From NCBI RefSeq assembly GCF_039541115.1, contig NZ_BAABFP010000004.1, forward strand, positions 1 through 64,000: DNA of 64,000 bases, read 5' to 3'. This DNA is from Angustibacter luteus. GTDB lineage: Bacteria; Actinomycetota; Actinomycetes; Actinomycetales; Angustibacteraceae. A program made the translations under genes and the position numbers. A model generated the notes under the pieces. It made no database searches, was not told where the DNA came from, and worked only from the letters and a program-made list of their open reading frames with translations. This document shows, one piece after another, positions 26,419 to 35,063 of the stretch (positions are counted from its first letter, which is position 1; each line of letters opens with the position of its first letter).

Positions 26419-28844
26419 CCTCCTGCCAGCACCGCGGACCTCCCGGTTGATTCCCGACCGGACGATTCCCGACCGCCGCTCCCGGGCACGCCCCGCCAGC
26501 GAGCCAGCGGGTTCACCAGCGTCCCCTCGAGGCAGAGCGAGTACGCCGGGTCCTCCAGGTCGACCATCTCGTCGTTCTTGCGCAGCTGGAGCCGGTTCAG
26601 GCACGAGCGGGCGAACTCGGGGGCGAACAGCTCCTCGACCGCGCCGGCGACGTCGGGGTGCCGCTGCTGGTACTCGGCCAGCACCTGCGCGGCGACCGAC
26701 CAGAACTCCCGCTCGGGCAGCGTGCCGGACGCGTCCAGCCTGGCCCCGAGGAACCGCAGGAACGAGTCGACGACGTCGGTCAGCACGGACAGCGGCCGCA
26801 GCTCGGCCGGGACGTCGAACTGGATCCGCCCGACGTCGGCCGGCAGCTCGCGGTCGAGGGTGACGACCAGCACCTCCTCGCCGATGTCCTTGAGCAGGAC
26901 GCGGTCCACGACCCCGTCGCGCAGGACCAGGATGATGTTCTCGCCGTGCGGCATCAGCGCGACGTCGTGCCGGTAGAGCAGGTGCACGACCGGCACGAGG
27001 TAGGCCTGCAGGTAGCGGCGCAGCCAGTCCCGCGGGTCCAGGCCGCTGCGGGCCACCAGCTCGGCGGCCAGCGACCGGCCGTGGCCGTCGACGTGCAGGA
27101 GCGCGGCCATGGTCATCACGTGCTCCCCCTCGGCGACCCGGGGGACGGCGGACTCGCGCCACAGGGCCGCGAGCATCTTGCGGTACGGCGACCCGCTGGG
27201 AGCCGCCTGCGCGCTCGCCCCGCCCAGGTACCCGACGGCGGCCCGCTCGCGCAGCACCGAGAACCGCCGCGCGCCCAGCTCGTCGTCGGACTGGACCAGA
27301 CCGTGCAGCCAGTCGTTGATCGCCGGCGTCGCGGCCATGTACTTCGCCGACAGCCCGCGCAGGAACCCCATGTTGAGCACCGACATGGCGGTCTTCACGT
27401 AGTGCCGCTCGGGCCGGGTCAGGTTGGCGAAGGTGCGGATGGACTGCTGCGCCTGGTACTCGTCCTGGCTGTCCCCCAGGTGCACCAGGTCCCGCCGGGC
27501 CAGGTCTGCGGCGAAGGTCACTGCGATCCGGTTCTCCCACTGCCACGGGTGCACGGGGACCAGCACGTACCCGGCGGCGTCCAGCCCGAGCTCGGTGAGC
27601 CGGCGGTGGAAGTCGGCGCGCACGCGCTCATCCAGCTCGGCATCCAGCAGCGCGTCCTCGGTGAGGTCGGTGGACAGCGCGAGGGTCGTCAGATCCCGCC
27701 GCGCCGCGAGCCAGGTGAGCCGGATCGGTCGTCCCACCTCGGGCGCGTACGCCAGGAAGTCCTGCGCGGACAGTCCGAGTCGGCCGTTGCAGGCGACGAA
27801 GCACGGGTGCCCCTCGGTCATGGCCGCCTCGACGACCTGGAACCGCTCCCCCGCCAGCTGCCGTGATCCTGGGCGTTCCGGGCCGAGCTTGAAGGCGGCG
27901 CTGGCCAGCGTGCTGGTGAGCTCCTCCAGGTAGACGGGCAGGATCTCGGCCGACAGCTGCAGGCTCGTGCGCAGGTCGGTGACCAGTCGCAGGGCGTCCG
28001 GCGGCGCGGGCTCACCATCGGCGTCCCAGTACTCCAGGGACGCCGCGTCGACCAACCAGTGGTCGAGCGCGTACCGCCGGGCCGTGAACCGGTAGCAGGC
28101 CCGACCGTCGTCGGCGACCACCTCGAAGCGATTGTCCGGCAACGGTTCCGGCCGGACCAGCAGCTCGTGGGCGAACTCCCCGAGGGCCTTGGCGACCAGC
28201 GTGCGGTTGGCTGCGTCCCAGCGCTGCGGGGTCAGGTGGTGCACCGGCCCCGGCCGCAGCAGGGACGGCCGGGCCCGTCCGTAGTCGGCGCGGGTGCACG
28301 CGCTGAGCGCCGCCCGCTTGCCCGGCAGCTCGACCTCTCGGTGGACGACGAAGCCGGCCTGCGCGTTGAGCCGCCGCACGGCGTCGTTGCGCACGTCCGG
28401 CTCGACGACGACGCGAACGGTGGCCGGGTCGGCGAACAGCCAGTCCAGCACGACGGCGAACACCGCTCGGGTGAAGCCCGCGACCGGCTCGCCGGACGGC
28501 GCGACGAGCACGTGCATCCCGACGTCCCCGTCCTGCACCCGGTACGTCGAGCCGACGGCGTCCTGGCGAGGGTCGTACCGCTCGACCAGGAACGCCGGCC
28601 GGCCATCGTGCTCGCCGATGAAGGCGTCGTGACCCGGCCGGGCGGCGATGGCCTGGTACACCGCGCGGGTGCCCTCGACATCGGCCGGGGTGGGCTCCCA
28701 GAACCGGGCCTTGTCGTGGGTCGTCCAGCCGTGCAGCAGCGCCGCGTCCGCGTCCGGGTCGACCGGCCGCAGCCGGAGCTGCCCGACGCCGGAGATCTGC
28801 TGCGCCGACAGGTCGGCATCGGTGGTGGTGGTGTGGGTGGTCAT
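26415..28844 (-). CDS. fused GNAT acyltransferase (DesC-like) and IucA/IucC NIS siderophore synthetase (DesD-like)
   Basis: N-terminal GDVGMHVLVAP...RVVVEPDVRN; C-terminal EGHPCFV, PVHPWQW, QQSIRTF, MPHGEN, KDIGEE, SCLNRLQL. Confidence 0.93.
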   Translation of the reverse strand: MTTHTTTTDADLSAQQISGVGQLRLRPVDPDADAALLHGWTTHDKARFWEPTPADVEGTRAVYQAIAARPGHDAFIGEHDGRPAFLVERYDPRQDAVGSTYRVQDGDVGMHVLVAPSGEPVAGFTRAVFAVVLDWLFADPATVRVVVEPDVRNDAVRRLNAQAGFVVHREVELPGKRAALSACTRADYGRARPSLLRPGPVHHLTPQRWDAANRTLVAKALGEFAHELLVRPEPLPDNRFEVVADDGRACYRFTARRYALDHWLVDAASLEYWDADGEPAPPDALRLVTDLRTSLQLSAEILPVYLEELTSTLASAAFKLGPERPGSRQLAGERFQVVEAAMTEGHPCFVACNGRLGLSAQDFLAYAPEVGRPIRLTWLAARRDLTTLALSTDLTEDALLDAELDERVRADFHRRLTELGLDAAGYVLVPVHPWQWENRIAVTFAADLARRDLVHLGDSQDEYQAQQSIRTFANLTRPERHYVKTAMSVLNMGFLRGLSAKYMAATPAINDWLHGLVQSDDELGARRFSVLRERAAVGYLGGASAQAAPSGSPYRKMLAALWRESAVPRVAEGEHVMTMAALLHVDGHGRSLAAELVARSGLDPRDWLRRYLQAYLVPVVHLLYRHDVALMPHGENIILVLRDGVVDRVLLKDIGEEVLVVTLDRELPADVGRIQFDVPAELRPLSVLTDVVDSFLRFLGARLDASGTLPEREFWSVAAQVLAEYQQRHPDVAGAVEELFAPEFARSCLNRLQLRKNDEMVDLEDPAYSLCLEGTLVNPLARWRGVPGSGGRESSGRESTGRSAVLAGG

Positions 28845-30199
28845 GCGGGGACCTCCTGCTTGTCCTGCAACGGTTCACGGACGTCCAGCGGGCGAGGCAC
28901 GCCGAACTCCTGGTGGGCGATGGACTGCTCGATCGGGTAGACCTCGCGACCGGTGATCGACCGGACCAGCCACGAGTTGCGGTAGGCGGCCATACCGAGG
29001 TCCGGCGCGACGAAGCCGTGGGTGTGCAGCTCGGCGTTCTGCACGAAGACCTCGTCGCCGGCGACGTCCACGGAGTAGTTGCGGTGCACGGCGAAGCGGC
29101 CCTGCTCGTCCCAGCGGATGCGGTGCCGGATCGGGTCGAGGAAGGCCGGCGCGGCGTAGCGGTACCCGGTGGCCAGGACGAGCGAGCCGGTCGTGTGCTC
29201 GAAGCGGCGGCGCTGCTCGACCTGCTCCACCCCCAGCCGCAGCCTGCCGTCACCGTCGCGCTCACAGGTGCGCACCTCGGTGTTGGTGAGCAGTCGGGTG
29301 CGTTGCGGCCCATCGAGGTCGAGCTCGTAGAGCCGGTCGTAGATCTCGTTGACCAGCCCGGAGTTGATGCCCTTGTAGAGCGAGCGCTGCGCGCGCACCA
29401 GCCCGTCGCGCGTCTCGGCCGGCAGCGCGTGGAAGTAGTCCGTGTAGTCCGGCGAGGTCATCTCCAACGTGAGCTTGGTGTACTCCAGCGGGAAGAACCG
29501 GGGTGAGCGGGTCAGCCAGGTCAGCTGGTAGTCGTGGGCGGGCAGGTCTGCCAGCAGGTCGGCGTAGATCTCGGCGGCGCTCTGCCCGCTGCCCACCACC
29601 GTGATGGACCCGCTGCGCCGCAACGACTTCGCGGCCTGCAGGTACTGCGAGCTGTGCACGACGTCACCGCCCGACGCCCACTGCGCCCGCAACGGCTCGG
29701 GTACGTACGGCGGCGTCCCCGTGCCGAGGACGAGCCGCCGACCCCGGTACGTCGAGCGGTCTCCGGTGGCCGGTCGGACGGCGTGCACGACGTACGCCTG
29801 GTCGGCCGCGTCGTACTCGACGGACTCCACCCGCTGAGCCAGCCGGACCGACCGCAGCTGCCCCGCCGCCCAGCGGCAGTAGGCGTCGAACTCGCGGCGG
29901 AGCGGGAAGAAGCTCTCGCGGATGTAGAAGGGGTACAGCCGACCGGTCTGCTTCAGGTAGGACAGGAACGACAGCGGGGACGTCGGATTGGCCAGACTGA
30001 CCAGGTCGGCCAGGAACGGGGTCTGCAGGGTCGCGCCCTGGAGCAGCATCCCCGGGTGCCAGGCCAGCTCGGAGCGCGCCTCGAGGAAGACGGCGTCGAC
30101 GTCGTCCAACGGGTCGAGCAGGCACGCCAGGCCGAGGTTGAACGGCCCGAGCCCGATCCCGACCACGTCGTGGACGTGCTCGGCGGTCGGTGTGCTCAT
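28841..30199 (-). CDS. desB: diamine/lysine N-hydroxylase (DesB-like flavin monooxygenase)
   Basis: VGIGLGPFNLGLA, WHPGM, VVGSGQSAAE, LATGY; ATGA overlaps at both ends. Confidence 0.92.
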   Translation of the reverse strand: MSTPTAEHVHDVVGIGLGPFNLGLACLLDPLDDVDAVFLEARSELAWHPGMLLQGATLQTPFLADLVSLANPTSPLSFLSYLKQTGRLYPFYIRESFFPLRREFDAYCRWAAGQLRSVRLAQRVESVEYDAADQAYVVHAVRPATGDRSTYRGRRLVLGTGTPPYVPEPLRAQWASGGDVVHSSQYLQAAKSLRRSGSITVVGSGQSAAEIYADLLADLPAHDYQLTWLTRSPRFFPLEYTKLTLEMTSPDYTDYFHALPAETRDGLVRAQRSLYKGINSGLVNEIYDRLYELDLDGPQRTRLLTNTEVRTCERDGDGRLRLGVEQVEQRRRFEHTTGSLVLATGYRYAAPAFLDPIRHRIRWDEQGRFAVHRNYSVDVAGDEVFVQNAELHTHGFVAPDLGMAAYRNSWLVRSITGREVYPIEQSIAHQEFGVPRPLDVREPLQDKQEVPA

Positions 30200-31719
30200 C
30201 GGACGGCCTCCTCGTCGCGGATGACGGCGAGGGAGCGCTCGGCGTGCACCGCCGCGAGGTCCAGCACCTGGGCCACGTCCCGCAGCGTCGTGCGCGGGTT
30301 CAGCAGCGTGAGCTTGAGGTGGTGCCGTCCGTCGACGGTGGTGCTGGCGACCACTGCTTCGCCATGCGCCGACAGCCCCTCGCGCACCGCTAGCACGAGG
30401 GCGTCGCTGACGTCCTCCGGCAGCCCCGGCTCCGGGGTGCAGCGGAACACCACGGTGCTCAGCTCGGGGACCGAGGCGAGCTCGAAGCGCGGGTCGGCGG
30501 CGACCAGCCCCGCGACGTCCGCTGCCAGGTCGACGACGTCGTCGAACAGCCGCCCCACGCCGTCCGCGCCCATCACGCGCAGCGTGAGCCAGAGCTTCAG
30601 GGCATCGAACCGGCGGGTGGTCTGCAGGCTCTTGTCGACCTGGTTGGGGATGCTGCGCCGCACGTGCCGCTCGGGGTTCAGGTAGTCGGCGTGGTGCCGC
30701 ACGTGCCGGAGCACGGCTCGGTCGCGCACCAGCACAGCGCTCGAGCTGACCGGCTGGAAGAAGGACTTGTGGAAGTCCACCGTCACCGAGTCGGCGCGCT
30801 CGATGCCGGCCAGCAGGTGCCGGCGGCGGGGCGAGACCAGCAGGCCGCAGCCGTACGCGGCATCCACGTGCAGCCACACGCCGGCCGCCCGGCAGGCATC
30901 CGCGATGGCCCGCAGCGGGTCCACCACCCCGAAGTCCGTCGTCCCCGCCGTCGCCACCACGGCCATCGGCACCAGCCCCTGGCCGGCCACCGCAGCGAGC
31001 TCCCGGCGCAGAGACGCGGCGTCCATCCGCCGGTCGGCGTCGACGTCCACCGCGATCACCGCCTCGGGCGCCAGGCCGAGCAGCTTGGCCGACGTGGTGA
31101 CGCTGAAGTGGGCGTCCCGCGACGCCAGGACGCGCAGCCTCGACAGGTCCCGGTTGCCGGCGTCCGGCCCGGCGGCCGCCTCGCGGGCCAGCAGCAGAGC
31201 CTGCAGGTTGGACTGCGTCCCGCCGCTGGTGAACACACCGTCGGCGTCGGGCCCCAGGCCGACCCGGTCGGCGGTCCAGTCCACGAGGCGCCGTTCGATC
31301 AGGGTCGCCCCGGCGCTCTGGTCCCAGGTGTCCATCGAGGAGTTGACCGCCGCGATGATCGCCTCCGCCGCGAGCGCCGGCACCGCGACCGGGCAGTTCA
31401 GGTGGGCCAGGTAGCGCGGGTGGTGGAACCAGACGGCGTCCCGCAGGTAGAGCGGTTCGAGCTCGTCGAGCGCGGCCGCGAGGTCGGGCAGCGGCCGGGA
31501 CAGGTCGACCTGGTCCACCTCCGCCGCGAGGGCCGCGGGCGAGATGCCGGTGAACGCCTGCGGGGTGGCGGCGACCCGGTCGCTGACCCGCAGCACGGTC
31601 TCCACGACCGCCCGCGCGTAGGACGCCGCCGTGTCGGACCCCAGCAGCAGGTGCTCCGGACCGGTGGCGAGGTCGGACGCAGCGCCGGCCGGCGCGGTCC
31701 TGGTGCCGACAGGTGTCAT
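30196..31719 (-). CDS. desA: PLP-dependent lysine decarboxylase (DesA-like)
   Basis: HHPRYLAHLNCP, TSGGTQSN, ATAGTTDFG, HVDAAYG, VDFHKSFFQP; AAGGAG RBS. Confidence 0.92.
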   Translation of the reverse strand: MTPVGTRTAPAGAASDLATGPEHLLLGSDTAASYARAVVETVLRVSDRVAATPQAFTGISPAALAAEVDQVDLSRPLPDLAAALDELEPLYLRDAVWFHHPRYLAHLNCPVAVPALAAEAIIAAVNSSMDTWDQSAGATLIERRLVDWTADRVGLGPDADGVFTSGGTQSNLQALLLAREAAAGPDAGNRDLSRLRVLASRDAHFSVTTSAKLLGLAPEAVIAVDVDADRRMDAASLRRELAAVAGQGLVPMAVVATAGTTDFGVVDPLRAIADACRAAGVWLHVDAAYGCGLLVSPRRRHLLAGIERADSVTVDFHKSFFQPVSSSAVLVRDRAVLRHVRHHADYLNPERHVRRSIPNQVDKSLQTTRRFDALKLWLTLRVMGADGVGRLFDDVVDLAADVAGLVAADPRFELASVPELSTVVFRCTPEPGLPEDVSDALVLAVREGLSAHGEAVVASTTVDGRHHLKLTLLNPRTTLRDVAQVLDLAAVHAERSLAVIRDEEAVR

Positions 31720-31740
31720 CTCAGCTCCTTCGTCGTTAAG

Positions 31741-31759
31741 TAAGGTTAGGCTTACCTTA
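31741..31759. promoter_or_regulatory. DmdR1/IdeR/DtxR iron box
   Basis: TAAGGTTAGGCTTACCTTA, a near-perfect 19-bp palindrome close to the TTAGGTTAGGCTCACCTAA consensus, about 20 bp upstream of desA. Confidence 0.92.
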
Positions 31760-31842
31760 CTCATAGATCGGACGAATGGGGCAAGTCGCGCAGGTCACTG
31801 CTCCACCGCGCGAACGGCGCTGCACGTCGTAGGCTCCGCGCC

Positions 31843-32601
31843 ATGGTGGACGCACCCCCCGGCGCCCTGTCCGCACTCGTCGTGGACGACGAGGAGCCTG
31901 CGCTCGCCGAGCTGGCCTACCTGCTCGGTCAGGACGAGCGGGTCAGCGCCATCCGCACGGCCAACAGCGGCCCCGGCGCCCTACGACTGCTCGACAGCGC
32001 GGCCGTCGACGTGGTGTTCTGCGACATCGCCATGCCCGGGCTGGACGGGCTGGACCTGGCGCGAGTCCTGGCCCGGTTCGCCCGCCGTCCCCAGGTCGTC
32101 TTCGTGACCGCCTACGACCAGCACGCGGTCGACGCCTTCGACCTGCGGGCCACCGACTACGTGATGAAGCCGGTCCGCGCGGAGCGGTTGCGCGAGGCCG
32201 TCCGCCGGGTCGTGGAGGCCCGTGACGGCGCGCCCGAGCCGGTCGAGGACGACGAGACGATCGCGGTCGAGCTCGGCGGGGTGACCCGCTTCGTGCAGCG
32301 CTCGCAGGTCCGCTACGTCGAAGCGCACGGGGACTACGCCCGGTTGCACACGACCGCCGGCAGCCACCTGCTGCGGATCCCGCTCGCCACCCTGGAGGAG
32401 CGTTGGGGCACAGCGGGTTTCGTCCGCATCCACCGCAGCACCCTGGTGGCCCTGCAGCACGTCGACGAGGTGCGCTCGGACGGCGGTCGCTACACCGTCC
32501 GGCTCGGGGACGACGAGCTCGCGGTCAGCCGGCGGCACACCCGCGAGCTGCGCGACCGGTTGATCCGGTCCGCCCGGCCCGGGCGACCGGACCCCCGGTG
32601 A
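31843..32601 (+). CDS. LytTR-family response regulator
   Basis: LVVDDE, CDIAMPGLDG, FVTAYD, DYVMKP, FVRIHRS, VSRR; TAGGCT at 31830 suggests a leaderless start. Confidence 0.94.
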   Translation: MVDAPPGALSALVVDDEEPALAELAYLLGQDERVSAIRTANSGPGALRLLDSAAVDVVFCDIAMPGLDGLDLARVLARFARRPQVVFVTAYDQHAVDAFDLRATDYVMKPVRAERLREAVRRVVEARDGAPEPVEDDETIAVELGGVTRFVQRSQVRYVEAHGDYARLHTTAGSHLLRIPLATLEERWGTAGFVRIHRSTLVALQHVDEVRSDGGRYTVRLGDDELAVSRRHTRELRDRLIRSARPGRPDPR

Positions 32602-32987
32602 GCCAGCGCCCGCCGTCCGAGCCGCCCCGTCGGGTCCGGGTCACCAGCCCGCTGATGGGAGCGTCCCGGCGCGCGCCGTCCCGGCCGGCCACCCGCGAGA
32701 TCGACGAGCAGACCGGGCTCGGCGAGGTGTACATGCGCTCCCTGCTGCGCAGCCAGCTCCGGCTGGCCCTCAGCGTCCTGGCCGCCACCGGGGTGCTGCT
32801 CGGCGGGCTCCCCCTGCTGTTCGCCCTCGCCCCGTCCGTCGCGGACGCCCACCTGCTGGGCCTGCCGCTGCCGTGGCTGCTGCTGGCCGTCCTGGTGTAC
32901 CCGATGCTGTGGCTGGCGGCCCGGTTCTACGTGCGGCAGGCCGAACGCAACGAAGCCGAGTTCACCGACGTCCTGGAACGGCACTGA
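32598..32987 (+). CDS. small two-TM protein (DUF485-like symporter accessory subunit)
   Basis: EIDEQTGLGEVYMRSLLRSQLRLAL...YVRQAERNE; GTGA overlap with the LytTR gene. Confidence 0.85.
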   Translation: MSQRPPSEPPRRVRVTSPLMGASRRAPSRPATREIDEQTGLGEVYMRSLLRSQLRLALSVLAATGVLLGGLPLLFALAPSVADAHLLGLPLPWLLLAVLVYPMLWLAARFYVRQAERNEAEFTDVLERH

Positions 32988-32989
32988 CC

Positions 32990-34531
32990 GTGGGCGAACC
33001 GCAGGTGGCCTCCCTGGTCGCGGTGGTGCTGGTGTCGGTCGCGACCATCGCCGTCGGCGCGTTCGGGCTGCGGATGTCGCGCACCACCAGCGACTTCTAC
33101 GTCGCCAGCCGCGCCGTCTCGCCCCGGTGGAACGCCTCGGCCATCGGCGGCGAGTACCTCTCTGCCGCAAGCTTTCTCGGCGTCGCCGGCCTGGTGCTGG
33201 TCGCCGGCACGGACATGCTGTGGTTCCCCGTCGGCTACACCGCGGGCTACCTGGTGCTGCTCGTGCTGGTCGCGGCACCGTTGCGCCGGTCCGGGGCGTA
33301 CACGCTGCCGGACTTCGCCGAGGGACGCCTGGAGTCTCGGGAGGTGCGGCGTGCGGCGTCCGTCCTGGTCGTCGGGATCGGCTGGCTCTACCTCGTTCCC
33401 CAGCTGCAGGGGGCCGGCATCGCGCTCAGTGCCGTGACCGGGGCACCGCTGTGGATGGGCGCCGCGCTGGTGGCGATCGTGGTGGTGCTCAACGTGGTGG
33501 CCGGCGGGATGCGGTCCATCACCTTCGTCCAGGCCTTCCAGTACTGGCTGAAGCTGACCGCGATCGCGGTGCCGATGTTCTTCATCCTGCTGGTCTGGCG
33601 CGGGGACGGCGCCCCCTCCCCGGCGACGGCCGAGTGGATCCGGCCGCTGGGCGGGGCCTCCGGCCGCGACCACCCGCTGTACTCGACGTACTCGATCGTG
33701 CTGGCCCTGTTCTTCGGGACGATGGGGCTGCCGCACGTGCTGGTTCGCTTCTACACCAACCCCGACGGCCGGGCCGCGCGACGCACGACGCTCGTGGTGA
33801 TCGCGCTGCTCGGTGCCTTCTACCTGTTCCCGCCGATGTACGGCGCGCTCGGCCGCATCTACGCTCCCGACCTCGTCGTGACCGGCCGCGCCGACACGGT
33901 CGTCCTCCTCCTCCCGCAACGGGTCATCCCCGGGATCGGTGGGGACCTGCTCAGCGCCCTGACCACCGCGGGGGCGTTCGCGGCGTTCCTGTCGACGTCG
34001 TCCGGGCTGGTCATGTCGGTCTCCGGCGTGCTGCACCAGGACCTCCTCTCGCGGTGGCAGCGCGGCGGTGGGCGCTCCTCCTGGCGGCGACGTCCCGAGT
34101 CCCTGCGCGGGTTCCGCACCGCCACCGCGCTCTCGGTCCTGGTGCCGTTCACGCTGTCGCTGTTCGCCGGGTCGCTGAGCCTGGCGGACACCGTGGGGCT
34201 CGCGTTCGCCGTCGCCGCCTCGACCTTCTGCCCCCTGCTGGTGCTCGGCATCTGGTGGCGCGGCCTGACCCGGGTCGGCGCCCTCACCGGGCTCGCCGTG
34301 GGCGGGGGCCTGGCCAGCATCGCGGTCCTGGTCACCATGATCGGCGGGACCCGCGCCGGCTGGAGCGGCGCCCTGCTTGCCCAGCCCGCCGCGTGGACGG
34401 TGCCGCTGGCGTTCGCCGTGATGGTCGGGGTCTCGCTGGCCACCCCGCGGACCGTGCCGCCGCACGTCGCCCGGACGATGGTCCGGCTGCACGCCCCCGA
34501 GAGCGTGGACGTCGACCGCTCGTCGCGCTGA
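32990..34531 (+). CDS. sodium:solute symporter (ActP-like, copy 1)
   Basis: DFYVASR, GEYLSAASFLG, GGMRSIT, GTMGLPHVLVRFYT. Confidence 0.92.
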   Translation: MGEPQVASLVAVVLVSVATIAVGAFGLRMSRTTSDFYVASRAVSPRWNASAIGGEYLSAASFLGVAGLVLVAGTDMLWFPVGYTAGYLVLLVLVAAPLRRSGAYTLPDFAEGRLESREVRRAASVLVVGIGWLYLVPQLQGAGIALSAVTGAPLWMGAALVAIVVVLNVVAGGMRSITFVQAFQYWLKLTAIAVPMFFILLVWRGDGAPSPATAEWIRPLGGASGRDHPLYSTYSIVLALFFGTMGLPHVLVRFYTNPDGRAARRTTLVVIALLGAFYLFPPMYGALGRIYAPDLVVTGRADTVVLLLPQRVIPGIGGDLLSALTTAGAFAAFLSTSSGLVMSVSGVLHQDLLSRWQRGGGRSSWRRRPESLRGFRTATALSVLVPFTLSLFAGSLSLADTVGLAFAVAASTFCPLLVLGIWWRGLTRVGALTGLAVGGGLASIAVLVTMIGGTRAGWSGALLAQPAAWTVPLAFAVMVGVSLATPRTVPPHVARTMVRLHAPESVDVDRSSR

Positions 34532-34549
34532 GCGCGCCGTTCATCGCGC
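34516..34549 (+). promoter_or_regulatory. candidate LytTR direct-repeat site
   Basis: CCGCTCGTCGCGC (34516) and CCGTTCATCGCGC (34537), 21-bp period. Confidence 0.45.
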
Positions 34550-34633
34550 CCGCACCGGCCGCCGGACGCCGGATCGCCCCTTCCGGCGACGCCACGGCCT
34601 CGAATCCTTCCCCGCCAGGACCTCCAAGAGAAC

Positions 34634-34649
34634 AGTGACGGCCGTCACA
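34634..34649. promoter_or_regulatory. candidate CRP/GlxR site
   Basis: AGTGA-CGGCCG-TCACA versus TGTGA-N6-TCACA, upstream of DUF485-actP. Confidence 0.6.
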
Positions 34650-34700
34650 CCGTGGTGACGGCGCGTGCCCGCGTCGTCCGTCTGCCGTCCGGGAGGACAC

Positions 34701-35063
34701 GTGAGCAGCACCGACCAGCAAGACGGGGGAGGCGGGACGACGAGCTACATCGCCGTCCAGGACTCGCCAGAGTTCGCCCACCTGCGGCGCACCTTCCGCA
34801 CCTTCGTGTTCCCCATGACCGCACTGTTCCTGGTCTGGTACTTCGTCTACGTCCTGCTGTCGACCTACGCACCGGACTTCATGTCGCACAAGGTGTTCGG
34901 CAACATCACGACCGGCCTGCTGTTCGGACTCGGGCAGTTCGTCTCGACGTTCGCGATCACGATGATCTACCGCAGCTGGGCGGACAAGAAGTTCGACCCG
35001 GCCGCCGCCGAGCTGGCCGAGCGGGTCCTCGCCCACCCTGACCACGAGGACGGTTCCCGATGA
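34701..35063 (+). CDS. DUF485 (YjcH-like) membrane protein
   Basis: VQDSPEFAHLRRTFRTFVFP...GLGQFVSTF; GGAGG RBS. Confidence 0.9.
   Translation: MSSTDQQDGGGGTTSYIAVQDSPEFAHLRRTFRTFVFPMTALFLVWYFVYVLLSTYAPDFMSHKVFGNITTGLLFGLGQFVSTFAITMIYRSWADKKFDPAAAELAERVLAHPDHEDGSR

Noticed and set aside
25393..27546. Long N-terminal extensions in the ORF track for LLM, desB, SBP, MerR, the last hydrolase and others
   Set aside because: They overlap neighbouring real genes; true starts are supported by stop/start overlaps, RBS or leaderless -10 elements.
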